From positions 1-24,122 of IMG/VR virus record IMGVR_UViG_3300020042_010913: a stretch of 24,122 nt of DNA. One strand, given 5' to 3'. Both the position numbers and the translations under genes were made by a program. Below are positions 9,241 to 17,720 of the stretch, piece by piece. Position 1 is the first letter of the stretch; each line of letters starts with the position of its first letter. The DNA comes from a virus. Its lineage: Duplodnaviria; Caudoviricetes. The notes under the pieces are model-generated. The model made no database searches. It saw only the letters and a program-made list of their open reading frames with translations, and was not told the DNA's origin.

Positions 9241-11454
9241 TTATCCTGTTATACCATAACCTTTTAAAATTGCTCTATATGTTTGAAGCGAACGAAAAGC
9301 AAGTGTTTGCGCCCCTCCACCTGCCATTGGTCTGGACATTGTAACACTAACATTTGGGTTGATACTCACAATTATTGAGTTGTACCTAATAGTACCAGAT
9401 CCATTATTTGTTAAAGGTATCACTTCCCCACCAGCAGTTGCAGCAAGTTTAAATGTATTTGTAGTAGCATCTCTCACAAAATAAATTGTTCTGGTAATGA
9501 TTCCCGTTGTAGTGGTTATTGTAGAAAATGCAACTTCGTCACCATTGCTTAAACCGTGATTATTTAAAGTTACTATATCATCAACATCTGTAAATGTTAC
9601 TGTTCTGCCTGTTGTGAGGATAGTGTTAGTTCCTGTGACCTGCATGCCAGCAGATAAACCTGTGGTGTTTGCCATTGATATTGTTACACTTGCATCAGAT
9701 GGTGTACCAGTTAATGTTATTGGTGTAGGGGCTCCCCAATTGTTTGTTATGGTTATAGCTGGTAACCCCGATGGAATGATCAGATTTGTAAACATAGTTT
9801 CGAGAGCTTCTTTTGATAATTTACAGTTTAAAAAACTAATAGCACGACCAACATTTATTGCTGAAAAAGATGCAAGAGAAAAACAACTACTGAATATTGA
9901 TAAGAAACTTGTGACACTCACAAAATTTATTGCTGGAATGCTTACCAATGAAACACAACTAGCAAATGCTTGTGTTACGATTGTTGCAGCAGCAAGATTA
10001 AATTGAGGAATTGTTGTCAGTGTAATACAATTAGAAAACATCTGCTGTATAGTTGTTACTTTTATTGTATTAAACAAAGGCACAGTTTTTATTCTATAAC
10101 AATTAACAAACATCTGCTGCATAGTTGTTACATTACCAGTATTAAAAGGAGGAATGTCTACTATATTAAAACAACCATTAAACATGTTTGCCATGGTTAT
10201 TACATTCTCTGTATTAAATAAAGGAACTTTCACTAATGCAAGACAATTTTGAAACATAGTTGCCATAGTTGTTACTGCTCTAGTGTCGAACAAAGGAACA
10301 GATATTAAATTTGAACAACTAAAAAACATGTTTGACATGTCTTGTGCCTTTATAGTATTAAATAAAGGTACAGTTTTTAATGTACTACAATTTGAAAACA
10401 TGCTTTGCATATTAGTAACATTACTTGTATCAAAAGCAGGAGGATTTGCTAAATTTATACAACTATTAAACATACTTGACATGTTTGTTACATTGGTGGT
10501 ATTAAAAGCAGGAATATTACTTATATTATTGCAACTACTGAACATACTTGACATGTTTGTCACCTTTCCAGTGTTGTACAGAGGAACTTGCGATAAACTA
10601 CTGCAGGCATTAAACATGCCAGACATATCAGTTACATTTGCAGTATCAAATAATGGAACAACTACTATACTACTACATTGAGTAAACATAGCTGCTGTAG
10701 TTGTTACGTTGGCAAAATTTGCATTGGCTGAAAAATTAACGGTTAGCAGGTTTGGACACAGACCAAACATATTTGCTGCTGTTGTAACTGCTGCTGTTTT
10801 ACCTATATCAACTCTCTGCAATCTATATATATTTTGAAAAAGATTGGAAAAATTTGTAATTGTGCCACTGTTAATTAAATTAACATAACTACAATTTCTA
10901 CAGTAAATTGTACTAGTTGTAGCTGTTCCTATTGCTAGATTTGTTAAATTGGGGGCTGAGATGTATATTTCCTCAACAGGTAGGGTGTATGTCCCAGAAA
11001 TAGGGGGAGTAAAATTTATTAATTGTAAATTTGTAATATTCTGCCCTGCTTGAGGTGTAATGATGACGACAGCTTGTTTGAATCCGTCTGATCTTGTCGG
11101 ATTTACGTTTAAATTAACATTAGAATAATCGTAGGTATGATTTGCAGTAGTTCCTGTACTAAAACTTTCTTCAGCACTACCATCCCCCCAATCAACTTTA
11201 AAATTTCCAGCAGCAATAAATGATAAAAAATTTGAATTATCATTAGAAATATAAACCAACAATGCTATTTTTTCTTCTGTATCAGTAATTGTAGGCATTA
11301 CTGCATAATCAGATGGTCTTATATATTGTGAATTTGTTGATCTAAGCGCTGCGACTGGTCCATCGTATATAGGATTGTCTCTATTGTAAGATACAAAAGA
11401 AGAAACCTTTTTATTTGCAGATGGCAAAGCTTTTTGACCGTAACGAATACTCAT
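9241..11454 (-). CDS. BspA/DUF285-type leucine-rich-repeat protein, probable adhesin/tail-associated (737 aa)
   Basis: PKD-like VDWGDGS...NHTY motif, about 12 repeats of NVTxMxxMFxxCxxLxxVPLFxTx (24 aa) and a C-terminal NHGLSNGDEVAF beta domain. Confidence 0.8.
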   Translation of the reverse strand: MSIRYGQKALPSANKKVSSFVSYNRDNPIYDGPVAALRSTNSQYIRPSDYAVMPTITDTEEKIALLVYISNDNSNFLSFIAAGNFKVDWGDGSAEESFSTGTTANHTYDYSNVNLNVNPTRSDGFKQAVVIITPQAGQNITNLQLINFTPPISGTYTLPVEEIYISAPNLTNLAIGTATTSTIYCRNCSYVNLINSGTITNFSNLFQNIYRLQRVDIGKTAAVTTAANMFGLCPNLLTVNFSANANFANVTTTAAMFTQCSSIVVVPLFDTANVTDMSGMFNACSSLSQVPLYNTGKVTNMSSMFSSCNNISNIPAFNTTNVTNMSSMFNSCINLANPPAFDTSNVTNMQSMFSNCSTLKTVPLFNTIKAQDMSNMFFSCSNLISVPLFDTRAVTTMATMFQNCLALVKVPLFNTENVITMANMFNGCFNIVDIPPFNTGNVTTMQQMFVNCYRIKTVPLFNTIKVTTIQQMFSNCITLTTIPQFNLAAATIVTQAFASCVSLVSIPAINFVSVTSFLSIFSSCFSLASFSAINVGRAISFLNCKLSKEALETMFTNLIIPSGLPAITITNNWGAPTPITLTGTPSDASVTISMANTTGLSAGMQVTGTNTILTTGRTVTFTDVDDIVTLNNHGLSNGDEVAFSTITTTTGIITRTIYFVRDATTNTFKLAATAGGEVIPLTNNGSGTIRYNSIIVSINPNVSVTMSRPMAGGGAQTLAFRSLQTYRAILKGYGITG
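9860..10710 (-). repeat. 72-bp (24-aa) LRR coding repeats, about 12 copies
   Basis: For example aacatacttgacatgtttgt at 10469 and 10541, 72 bp apart. Confidence 0.85.
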
Positions 11455-11822
11455 AATTCAGTTGTAATTCTATTAACATAACCAATGATTTCAACAGCAG
11501 ATGGTGTTGCAACTGTGGCATATACTGTTGTACCAGCAGATCCTGTTCCAGTCAAAATTAACCCTGGAATAATCAATGTTGCTCCTGCATATGCTTGAAC
11601 AACAATTGGAGCTAAAAGATCAGCAGTTGCAGATGATCCCCAATATAATGTCATCAATGCATCAGATGTAGAATTGTTAGCAGCATACAACCAAATTTCA
11701 TCAGCATTTGCTGATGAGGTACCAGTTGTATGAATCAAAGTATAAGGTGCTGCAGATGTAGACAACATGATTGATCGTCCGTTTGCACTCTGTGAAAGAG
11801 GTAGTTTTGAATAGGATGCCAT
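11451..11822 (-). CDS. Small phage structural/adaptor protein (123 aa)
   Basis: S/T/A-rich beta-type sequence with DEIWLYA.N and GYVNRI. TAAATA 5 nt upstream. 4-nt overlap with the LRR gene. Confidence 0.55.
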   Translation of the reverse strand: MASYSKLPLSQSANGRSIMLSTSAAPYTLIHTTGTSSANADEIWLYAANNSTSDALMTLYWGSSATADLLAPIVVQAYAGATLIIPGLILTGTGSAGTTVYATVATPSAVEIIGYVNRITTEL

Positions 11823-11827
11823 AAATT

Positions 11828-11833
11828 TATTTA
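11828..11833 (-). promoter_or_regulatory. Late-type promoter TAAATA
   Basis: 5 nt before ATG at 11822. Confidence 0.7.
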
Positions 11834-11834
11834 G

Positions 11835-14270
11835 TTAGAGAAACACTGAATGTCCAATGATTGTATCAGCATCTTCTATTGGTGGTAATGATTGTTCTGT
11901 TACTAAAGATCCACCAACTCTTGGTAAAAATACCTCTATATCATTACTAACTTGTAATCCAGGAATATGCTGCAACAAACATGTTTGTGTGGTACCCAAA
12001 AACGTACCCCTAAATTTGATTGCACCTGGAATAGCACTGAGACTAAAACCATCACTTTTGACGGTTACAATACCTGAGTCAATGTCTGTATTACCCACAC
12101 TCAAAGGGCCTGTGAGTGTACCACCAGACAATGGCAAATAAGCACCAACTGTTGGAACAAGCTGAACATTAGTAACTTGTTTAGCAGTAATAATAACACC
12201 AGGAGTATCTGGAATTGTAGGATTAGCGTGTGTGGTAAATGTTTCCACCGTTACTGCTGTATTATTGCAGTGCCAATATATTTCTATAAAATCACTAGCA
12301 GCTAGTGTAGCTATAAATGGTGTTACTGCAATTAAATGTGCAGGTATACCTGCACTTTTTCTTGCTGGTATTGTAAATACAGAACTACTGTCTGGTACAT
12401 CAACACCATTTTTTCTGAACCAGACGTAAATGTCGTGTTGACTAGCATCTGTATTTTTATACTGAATACTAAAAATTAATTCATAAGTACCAATATTGTT
12501 GAATACAATTTTATTGCTACTTAAACTAATTCCGTTAGCTTCAAATGTATTTGCTATGTTAAGTCTTTTAGCTTGATTAGCTCCAGTAAGAGTTTGTGCA
12601 GTGGTGTCATAAAATGAACCATAATAACCAGTTTGACCTGATGCAGAAGTTGGTGAGCCAGTTGTCCATTTTTCTAATACACTACTATATACAAGTACCT
12701 GACCATTAGCTGGTGATGGTATTGAAACATCATTAAGTGCAGATAGATAACTTACACCAGAAGATCCCCCACCAAAAATTGTACCAATATCAATACCACC
12801 AGACAAAATTTGTCCATTGGAAACATTGAGTGAGCCGTTCATGGTACCTCCGTTTGCGTATTGAGCTGCTACTGACCCACCACCACCATAACCAGCTACG
12901 TATTTTTTGAGATTAGCTGATTCATTTTCAAGTCTCGTCTCTAATTGTTTTTTGAGGCTGTTTAAATCTTCTCTTTTAATTGCTACAAGATTAAAATCTT
13001 TTACTTTCTTTTCTACAGCTTCAACAATACCAGTACCTAAAACTGACAATTCATTTGCAGTTTTTGAAACTAGCTCTTCAATTTCAATCTTCTTATCTTC
13101 TAAAATAGATGAATGAGATTTAGCTTCTGTAAGTATATTGTTTAAACCTTGCGAGATTTGTTCTTGTAAGCTATTTTCTGCTCTCTCAATAGCACTATTA
13201 ATATCAGCTATTCTATTATCAAAAAGAGAAATTCTATTTTCAACTAGCGTTGTAATATCGTTAATCTTCTTATCAGCTGTTGATTGTAGTTTACCAATCT
13301 TATTAGATACCAAGCTTTCTGCTCTCTTAAGATTTTCTGATATAACCTGTTTCGATTCATTACAGATATGTTCGACGTCAGTAATGTTAGTAGTTTTTTG
13401 TTCTAATAATTGCTTTTTAGATTCATCTATGAATGTCTGTATTGACTGAAACGCATTATTAACTTGAGCTTCTTGATTGACTAGTTCTGTCTGAAGTTCT
13501 GCAATCTTAGTATTGACATCATATACAACTCCTTCTCTAAGATCTTGTAACTGTTTGGTCTTTTCATCTGCATTTGCTGTTACAATATTTGTATATAGCT
13601 CAGCAGTAGCTTCAATACTGTCTCTAATTGAGTTAGCTTCTGTAACTGCTTTATCAGATATAATTTCTACCTGACTTACCCTTTCATCAAAACTTTTTAA
13701 GATATCAGATTTAAGGCTCTTGATATCAGTTATAGAAGAGCTTTTTAGCTCTGATAGACGTTCATCTATTAGATTAGTTAAGCTCTCAGAGAGCTGTTCA
13801 ATTTTATGCTTCTTATTAGAGTGATTTTCATTTATAACTCTAATAGCATCAGCTTTATATCTTTCAATATCAACAGAAGCACTTTCAGAAGTAATATATG
13901 TGTCTTCAACAATTGGTTCTGGATCTGGTAAATTTTCTTCTTCAGCAACTGACTCTAAAATTTGTTTTTCTTTAGCAAATACTCTTCTACCATTATCAAG
14001 TGAGTTAACATTAAAAATAATATTATCATCACCTTCTTTTAGTACATATAGAGAGGTGTAAAGATTATTATTATACTCTGTAGTTAATTTTAATACAGGA
14101 TCACCACCTAAATCATCTACCTTCTCAGCAATAATTTTATTACCACCGCAGTTAATTTCAAATATATCAAAGAATACCTCTTTGAATTCTTTGCAAATAA
14201 TATAATTTAACCCCTTATCAGTAGGTATGAATGCAAAGTCTGTATCTAAAATTTTAAGTGTATCACTCAC
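11835..14270 (-). CDS. Coiled-coil stalk fibre-like protein (811 aa, GTG start)
   Basis: About 320-aa heptad-rich E/K/L region, Gly hinge GGGGS, LSALNDVSIPSPANGQVLVY fibre repeat and a YGSFYDTT jelly-roll/C1q-like head. Confidence 0.6.
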   Translation of the reverse strand: MSDTLKILDTDFAFIPTDKGLNYIICKEFKEVFFDIFEINCGGNKIIAEKVDDLGGDPVLKLTTEYNNNLYTSLYVLKEGDDNIIFNVNSLDNGRRVFAKEKQILESVAEEENLPDPEPIVEDTYITSESASVDIERYKADAIRVINENHSNKKHKIEQLSESLTNLIDERLSELKSSSITDIKSLKSDILKSFDERVSQVEIISDKAVTEANSIRDSIEATAELYTNIVTANADEKTKQLQDLREGVVYDVNTKIAELQTELVNQEAQVNNAFQSIQTFIDESKKQLLEQKTTNITDVEHICNESKQVISENLKRAESLVSNKIGKLQSTADKKINDITTLVENRISLFDNRIADINSAIERAENSLQEQISQGLNNILTEAKSHSSILEDKKIEIEELVSKTANELSVLGTGIVEAVEKKVKDFNLVAIKREDLNSLKKQLETRLENESANLKKYVAGYGGGGSVAAQYANGGTMNGSLNVSNGQILSGGIDIGTIFGGGSSGVSYLSALNDVSIPSPANGQVLVYSSVLEKWTTGSPTSASGQTGYYGSFYDTTAQTLTGANQAKRLNIANTFEANGISLSSNKIVFNNIGTYELIFSIQYKNTDASQHDIYVWFRKNGVDVPDSSSVFTIPARKSAGIPAHLIAVTPFIATLAASDFIEIYWHCNNTAVTVETFTTHANPTIPDTPGVIITAKQVTNVQLVPTVGAYLPLSGGTLTGPLSVGNTDIDSGIVTVKSDGFSLSAIPGAIKFRGTFLGTTQTCLLQHIPGLQVSNDIEVFLPRVGGSLVTEQSLPPIEDADTIIGHSVFL

Positions 14271-14275
14271 TAACT

Positions 14276-14281
14276 TATTTA
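14276..14281 (-). promoter_or_regulatory. Late-type promoter TAAATA
   Basis: 5 nt before GTG at 14270. Confidence 0.7.
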
Positions 14282-14298
14282 TTTTTTACCCGCTATTA

Positions 14299-14610
14299 TC
14301 AACCGTATGAAACAGTGGAGTGTGAGTAATACTGCGCTCTGCAATAAATGGTACCATTATTTGGTGCTGTTGCAAACTGCGCACTTATTAAATTTGAATT
14401 GGTTATACCTCTGATTATTGCCGTTGAACTGGAAAGAACTGCGAAAGCACTTGCAGCTGCACTATTGTTATTATCATATACTAATAGTGTCGCATTAGAA
14501 GGGTTTACAATAATTACTTCTGAACAACTAAAACCAGAAAGTTTAGCTAACGAAGAGTTAGTTACAACTTGGTTAAATGATGCACACTGATTAAGATTCT
14601 GATAAGACAT
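14299..14610 (-). CDS. Hypothetical small structural protein (103 aa)
   Basis: ORF with TAAATA 5 nt upstream of ATG and S/N/A-rich beta-type composition. Confidence 0.55.
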   Translation of the reverse strand: MSYQNLNQCASFNQVVTNSSLAKLSGFSCSEVIIVNPSNATLLVYDNNNSAAASAFAVLSSSTAIIRGITNSNLISAQFATAPNNGTIYCRAQYYSHSTVSYG

Positions 14611-14614
14611 ATAG

Positions 14615-15226
14615 TTATTTAGTCTCTAAAACTGCATTTATCGCATTCCAATTTATGCATTTGAAGAAGTTTTTGACATATTTTTTCTTATCAGATTGGT
14701 AATCAAGATAGAAAGAATGCTCCCACATATCTAAACCTAAAACTGGATCACCCATCGATCGATGCATCAAAGGATTATCCTGGTTAGGAGTTGTATGAAG
14801 TTCACCCTTTGTAGTAAGCCAACACCAACCAGAGCCCATAATTGATAGAGCTTTTTCTTCAAATTTATCTTTAAAATCTTCATAGGATTTAAATTTTGAT
14901 TCTATTAATTCTTTTGCTGTACCATTTAGCGCGATATTTTTTCCTAGGGTTCTGAACCATATAGAATGATTTAATGCTCCTCCAACATTAAACCTTATGA
15001 TATCATCATAGTTTTTTATATTTTCTGTCATTTCAACTAATGGCTTTGGTCGTTTAATTAATTCGTTGCATTTTTTAATATACCCTTTGTAATGTTTATT
15101 ATAGTGCTCATCCATTGTTTCTTTGGAAGTAAAAGGTTTTAATGAATTAAAAGAATAATCCACTTTGACTGGCTTATAATAACCAACCCCCTCTATTAAT
15201 AAACTAACTCTTTCGTTGAAATCCAC
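14615..15226 (-). CDS. sodA: Fe/Mn superoxide dismutase, Mn-type signatures
   Basis: EHYNKHYKGY, FNVGGALNH, GSGWCWL, TPNQDNPL and DMWEHSFYLDY supply all four metal ligands. GG before the second His ligand and NQD are Mn-type. Confidence 0.9.
   Translation of the reverse strand: MDFNERVSLLIEGVGYYKPVKVDYSFNSLKPFTSKETMDEHYNKHYKGYIKKCNELIKRPKPLVEMTENIKNYDDIIRFNVGGALNHSIWFRTLGKNIALNGTAKELIESKFKSYEDFKDKFEEKALSIMGSGWCWLTTKGELHTTPNQDNPLMHRSMGDPVLGLDMWEHSFYLDYQSDKKKYVKNFFKCINWNAINAVLETK
14616..14621 (-). promoter_or_regulatory. Late-type promoter TAAATA
   Basis: 5 nt before ATG at 14610. Overlaps the end of the SOD gene. Confidence 0.7.
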
Positions 15227-15232
15227 AAAAAA

Positions 15233-15238
15233 TATTTA
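15233..15238 (-). promoter_or_regulatory. Late-type promoter TAAATA (SOD)
   Basis: 6 nt before GTG at 15226. Confidence 0.65.
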
Positions 15239-15258
15239 TTCAGAAAATATATATTTGT

Positions 15259-15477
15259 ATGGATAACGCTAAATTTAAAAAATTCCTTGATAAAGAACTC
15301 GAAAAAATTGCAGATATTGTCGATGATATCTACGATAAACTAGAAGAAGTTGATGATATGGAAGTATTTGATTCAGCGGATGTATGGTTAAGTGGTATAA
15401 AACAATTAATAAGTTATGATGATGGTGATTTAGTAGTTGATTCTACTGCAGCTGATACTATAGTAATATTACAATGA
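15259..15477 (+). CDS. Small acidic hypothetical protein (72 aa)
   Basis: 20 D/E versus 7 K. TATATA 5 nt upstream. ATGA-coupled to rmlA. Confidence 0.6.
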   Translation: MDNAKFKKFLDKELEKIADIVDDIYDKLEEVDDMEVFDSADVWLSGIKQLISYDDGDLVVDSTAADTIVILQ

Positions 15478-16226
15478 AACGTATTGGCATTCTTCTCTGC
15501 GGCGGTGTGGGTTCTCGCTTAGGTCAAATTACTAAAGCTATACCCAAATCTTTAGTACCTGTATATGATAAACCTCTGGTTGACTACCAGCTGCAGCTTT
15601 TTCATGATTTAGGTATAACTGATGTGGTAATTATTACTAGACCTGATACTCGTGATCTGTTTGTTAATTACATTCATACATACTCACAATGGGGTGAAAA
15701 ATTTAAATATATCGCGATTGAAACTCAACCTAATCCAGGTGGTATTGCAGAAGCATATATAATTGCTGAAAAGCATATACCAGAAGGCTATAGTACATTA
15801 CTCGGTCTAGGTGATAACATTTTCCATTTTATTGATACCAAAGAAAAAGAAGAATTGAAACAGCTTTGTATTAATGAAGATAATTTTATTACAACAGTCA
15901 AAGTAAAAGATCCAACTCAATATGGTGTTGTGGAATATGATAATAATGGTTATATTGTTGATGTAGTTGAGAAGCCAATTAACCCACCTTCAAATGAAAT
16001 TATTCCTGGATTATATTTCTTTGATAACACTGCAGCAAATAAAGTAAGATCTCTTAAACCTTCTGCAAGAGGTGAACTTGAAATTACAGATTTGCAGCGT
16101 AAATATTTACAAGAAGATAATCTTGGTGTTTACAAATTTGAAAATGTATTTTGGTATGATTGCGGCACTATAGATGATCTTCAACATGCAAATAACTTCA
16201 TGAAAATCTTAGCAGATAAAAAATAA
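15474..16226 (+). CDS. rmlA: Glucose-1-phosphate thymidylyltransferase (short form)
   Basis: GILLCGGVGSRL, PKSLVPVYDKP, LGDNIF, YGVVE, VEKP, LKPSARGELEITD and WYDCGT motifs. Confidence 0.92.
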   Translation: MKRIGILLCGGVGSRLGQITKAIPKSLVPVYDKPLVDYQLQLFHDLGITDVVIITRPDTRDLFVNYIHTYSQWGEKFKYIAIETQPNPGGIAEAYIIAEKHIPEGYSTLLGLGDNIFHFIDTKEKEELKQLCINEDNFITTVKVKDPTQYGVVEYDNNGYIVDVVEKPINPPSNEIIPGLYFFDNTAANKVRSLKPSARGELEITDLQRKYLQEDNLGVYKFENVFWYDCGTIDDLQHANNFMKILADKK

Positions 16227-16227
16227 T

Positions 16228-17295
16228 ATGGATTCATTCAGCCTCGATCATAAAACAGTATTGGTAACAGGTGGGTACGGTTTTATAATGTCCAACCTCA
16301 TTAACATTATAAACGATACGTATCAAAATACACATATTATCAATGTTGATAAGTGTGGGGCTGGTTCAAATAAATCTAATATTTTACCAGAACAACAAGG
16401 TAATCAAATCACAAATGTGAAGATGAAGTGTGAAGATAAGAGGTTTAAAGATTTATTAGTTAAATATAAACCAGATCTTATCATCCATGGTGCAGCTGAA
16501 TCACATGTAGATCGTTCAATCACTGATCCACTTGGTTTTGTTACCTCAAATGTTGTAGGCACCACTAATGTAATTAATAGTGTTGATTGGTATCAGAAAA
16601 ATATTGATAACCATTGTAAGTGTGTATTAGTGAGTACTGATGAGGTGTATGGTCATTTAGAAGTTAATGAAAAATCATGGACGGAAGATAGCCCCATCGC
16701 GCCTAGATCCCCGTATGCATCCTCAAAAGCAGCTGCAGATCTGATAGCTTTATCTTTCTACAATACTTTCAAAACTGACTTTTGTATTGTGAGAGGATGT
16801 AACAATTTTGGTCCAAGACAAGATGAAGAAAAACTATTACCTAAATACATTACGAGCCTACTTAGAGGTGATGTGATGCCTGTTTATGGTAACGGTAAAA
16901 ATATCAGAGAGTGGGTTTTTGTAGAAGATTTTTGTCATTTCATCTTAGATAAAGCTTTTCGTTATGCGCCTGGTAGAGTTTTTAATTATGGTAAGGGTGT
17001 ATCTAGAAACAATTTGGAGATTCTAGATGAAATTTATGAAACGGTAAAGTTCTTTTGTCGTAAAAAAGATTGTGAACTTATTCACAAATATGCAAAATTT
17101 GAAGATACAATTGAATTTGTAGAAGATCGTAAAGGTCATGACTTCAAATATGCAATGAGCTCCAAATATGCGCACCCTAATTTACCTAGTAAGAGTTTCA
17201 AAAAGCAACTTCATACTACCGTAGAATTCTACTATGAAAAAACAAAAGCAGAACAACGAGCAGCTAACAGCTGGTACAGAAAACTCTTCAAATAA
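16228..17295 (+). CDS. rmlB: dTDP-glucose 4,6-dehydratase
   Basis: VLVTGG.GFI, AAESHVDRSI, STDEVYG, PYASSKA (YxxxK), NNFGPRQ and DRKGHD motifs. Confidence 0.93.
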   Translation: MDSFSLDHKTVLVTGGYGFIMSNLINIINDTYQNTHIINVDKCGAGSNKSNILPEQQGNQITNVKMKCEDKRFKDLLVKYKPDLIIHGAAESHVDRSITDPLGFVTSNVVGTTNVINSVDWYQKNIDNHCKCVLVSTDEVYGHLEVNEKSWTEDSPIAPRSPYASSKAAADLIALSFYNTFKTDFCIVRGCNNFGPRQDEEKLLPKYITSLLRGDVMPVYGNGKNIREWVFVEDFCHFILDKAFRYAPGRVFNYGKGVSRNNLEILDEIYETVKFFCRKKDCELIHKYAKFEDTIEFVEDRKGHDFKYAMSSKYAHPNLPSKSFKKQLHTTVEFYYEKTKAEQRAANSWYRKLFK

Positions 17296-17437
17296 AAATC
17301 TCCAAGATGCAATTGTGAAAACAATTGAGGAGATGAAGCTCATGTGGGGAGGTGTATCGTATGATATGCAGTACGCAATTGAAAATCACATACACTACCT
17401 TTATAATGTTTTAAAGGAAAGTGGATATAATATGTAG
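17234..17437 (+). CDS. Hypothetical protein (67 aa)
   Basis: ORF filling the gap between rmlB and the next gene. Overlaps the rmlB 3' end by 62 nt. Confidence 0.5.
   Translation: MKKQKQNNEQLTAGTENSSNKNLQDAIVKTIEEMKLMWGGVSYDMQYAIENHIHYLYNVLKESGYNM
17416..17431 (+). promoter_or_regulatory. GGAA-N6-TATAAT promoter without an evident -35 box
   Basis: 6 nt before ATG 17438. Confidence 0.6.
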
Positions 17438-17668
17438 ATGGATAAAATACCTAGAGGAAGAGACTCAAATTATTTCTTAGATAAAGAAACCCTATTACAT
17501 TGGGTAAAATATAACGAGCGGCCTATTTTTAAAGCCACAGCTGATTACATTCTCAAGCTTGAGAAAGCTAATGAGAAGTATACTATTAACTGGCTCGGAG
17601 ACTTGAGCATTATTGTTACTTCAGAAAGGGGAATTAAGGAATTCCCGTACAAAACGATTGAAGATTAA
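17438..17668 (+). CDS. Hypothetical protein (76 aa)
   Basis: ORF with GGAA-N6-TATAAT 6 nt upstream of ATG. Confidence 0.6.
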   Translation: MDKIPRGRDSNYFLDKETLLHWVKYNERPIFKATADYILKLEKANEKYTINWLGDLSIIVTSERGIKEFPYKTIED

Positions 17669-17686
17669 AAGGAAAGTCGTTATAAT
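17658..17686 (+). promoter_or_regulatory. Sigma70-like promoter TTGAAG-N17-TATAAT
   Basis: GGAA-N6 before the -10 box. 34 nt upstream of the RadA-like gene. Confidence 0.7.
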
Positions 17687-17720
17687 AATAGAGTAAACAA
17701 ACAATAACAATTACATTAAA

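Noticed and set aside
9860-10710. Diversity-generating retroelement or CRISPR-like array in the 72-bp repeats
   Set aside because: The repeats are in-frame LRR units. No reverse transcriptase and no adenine-specific TR/VR pair was seen.
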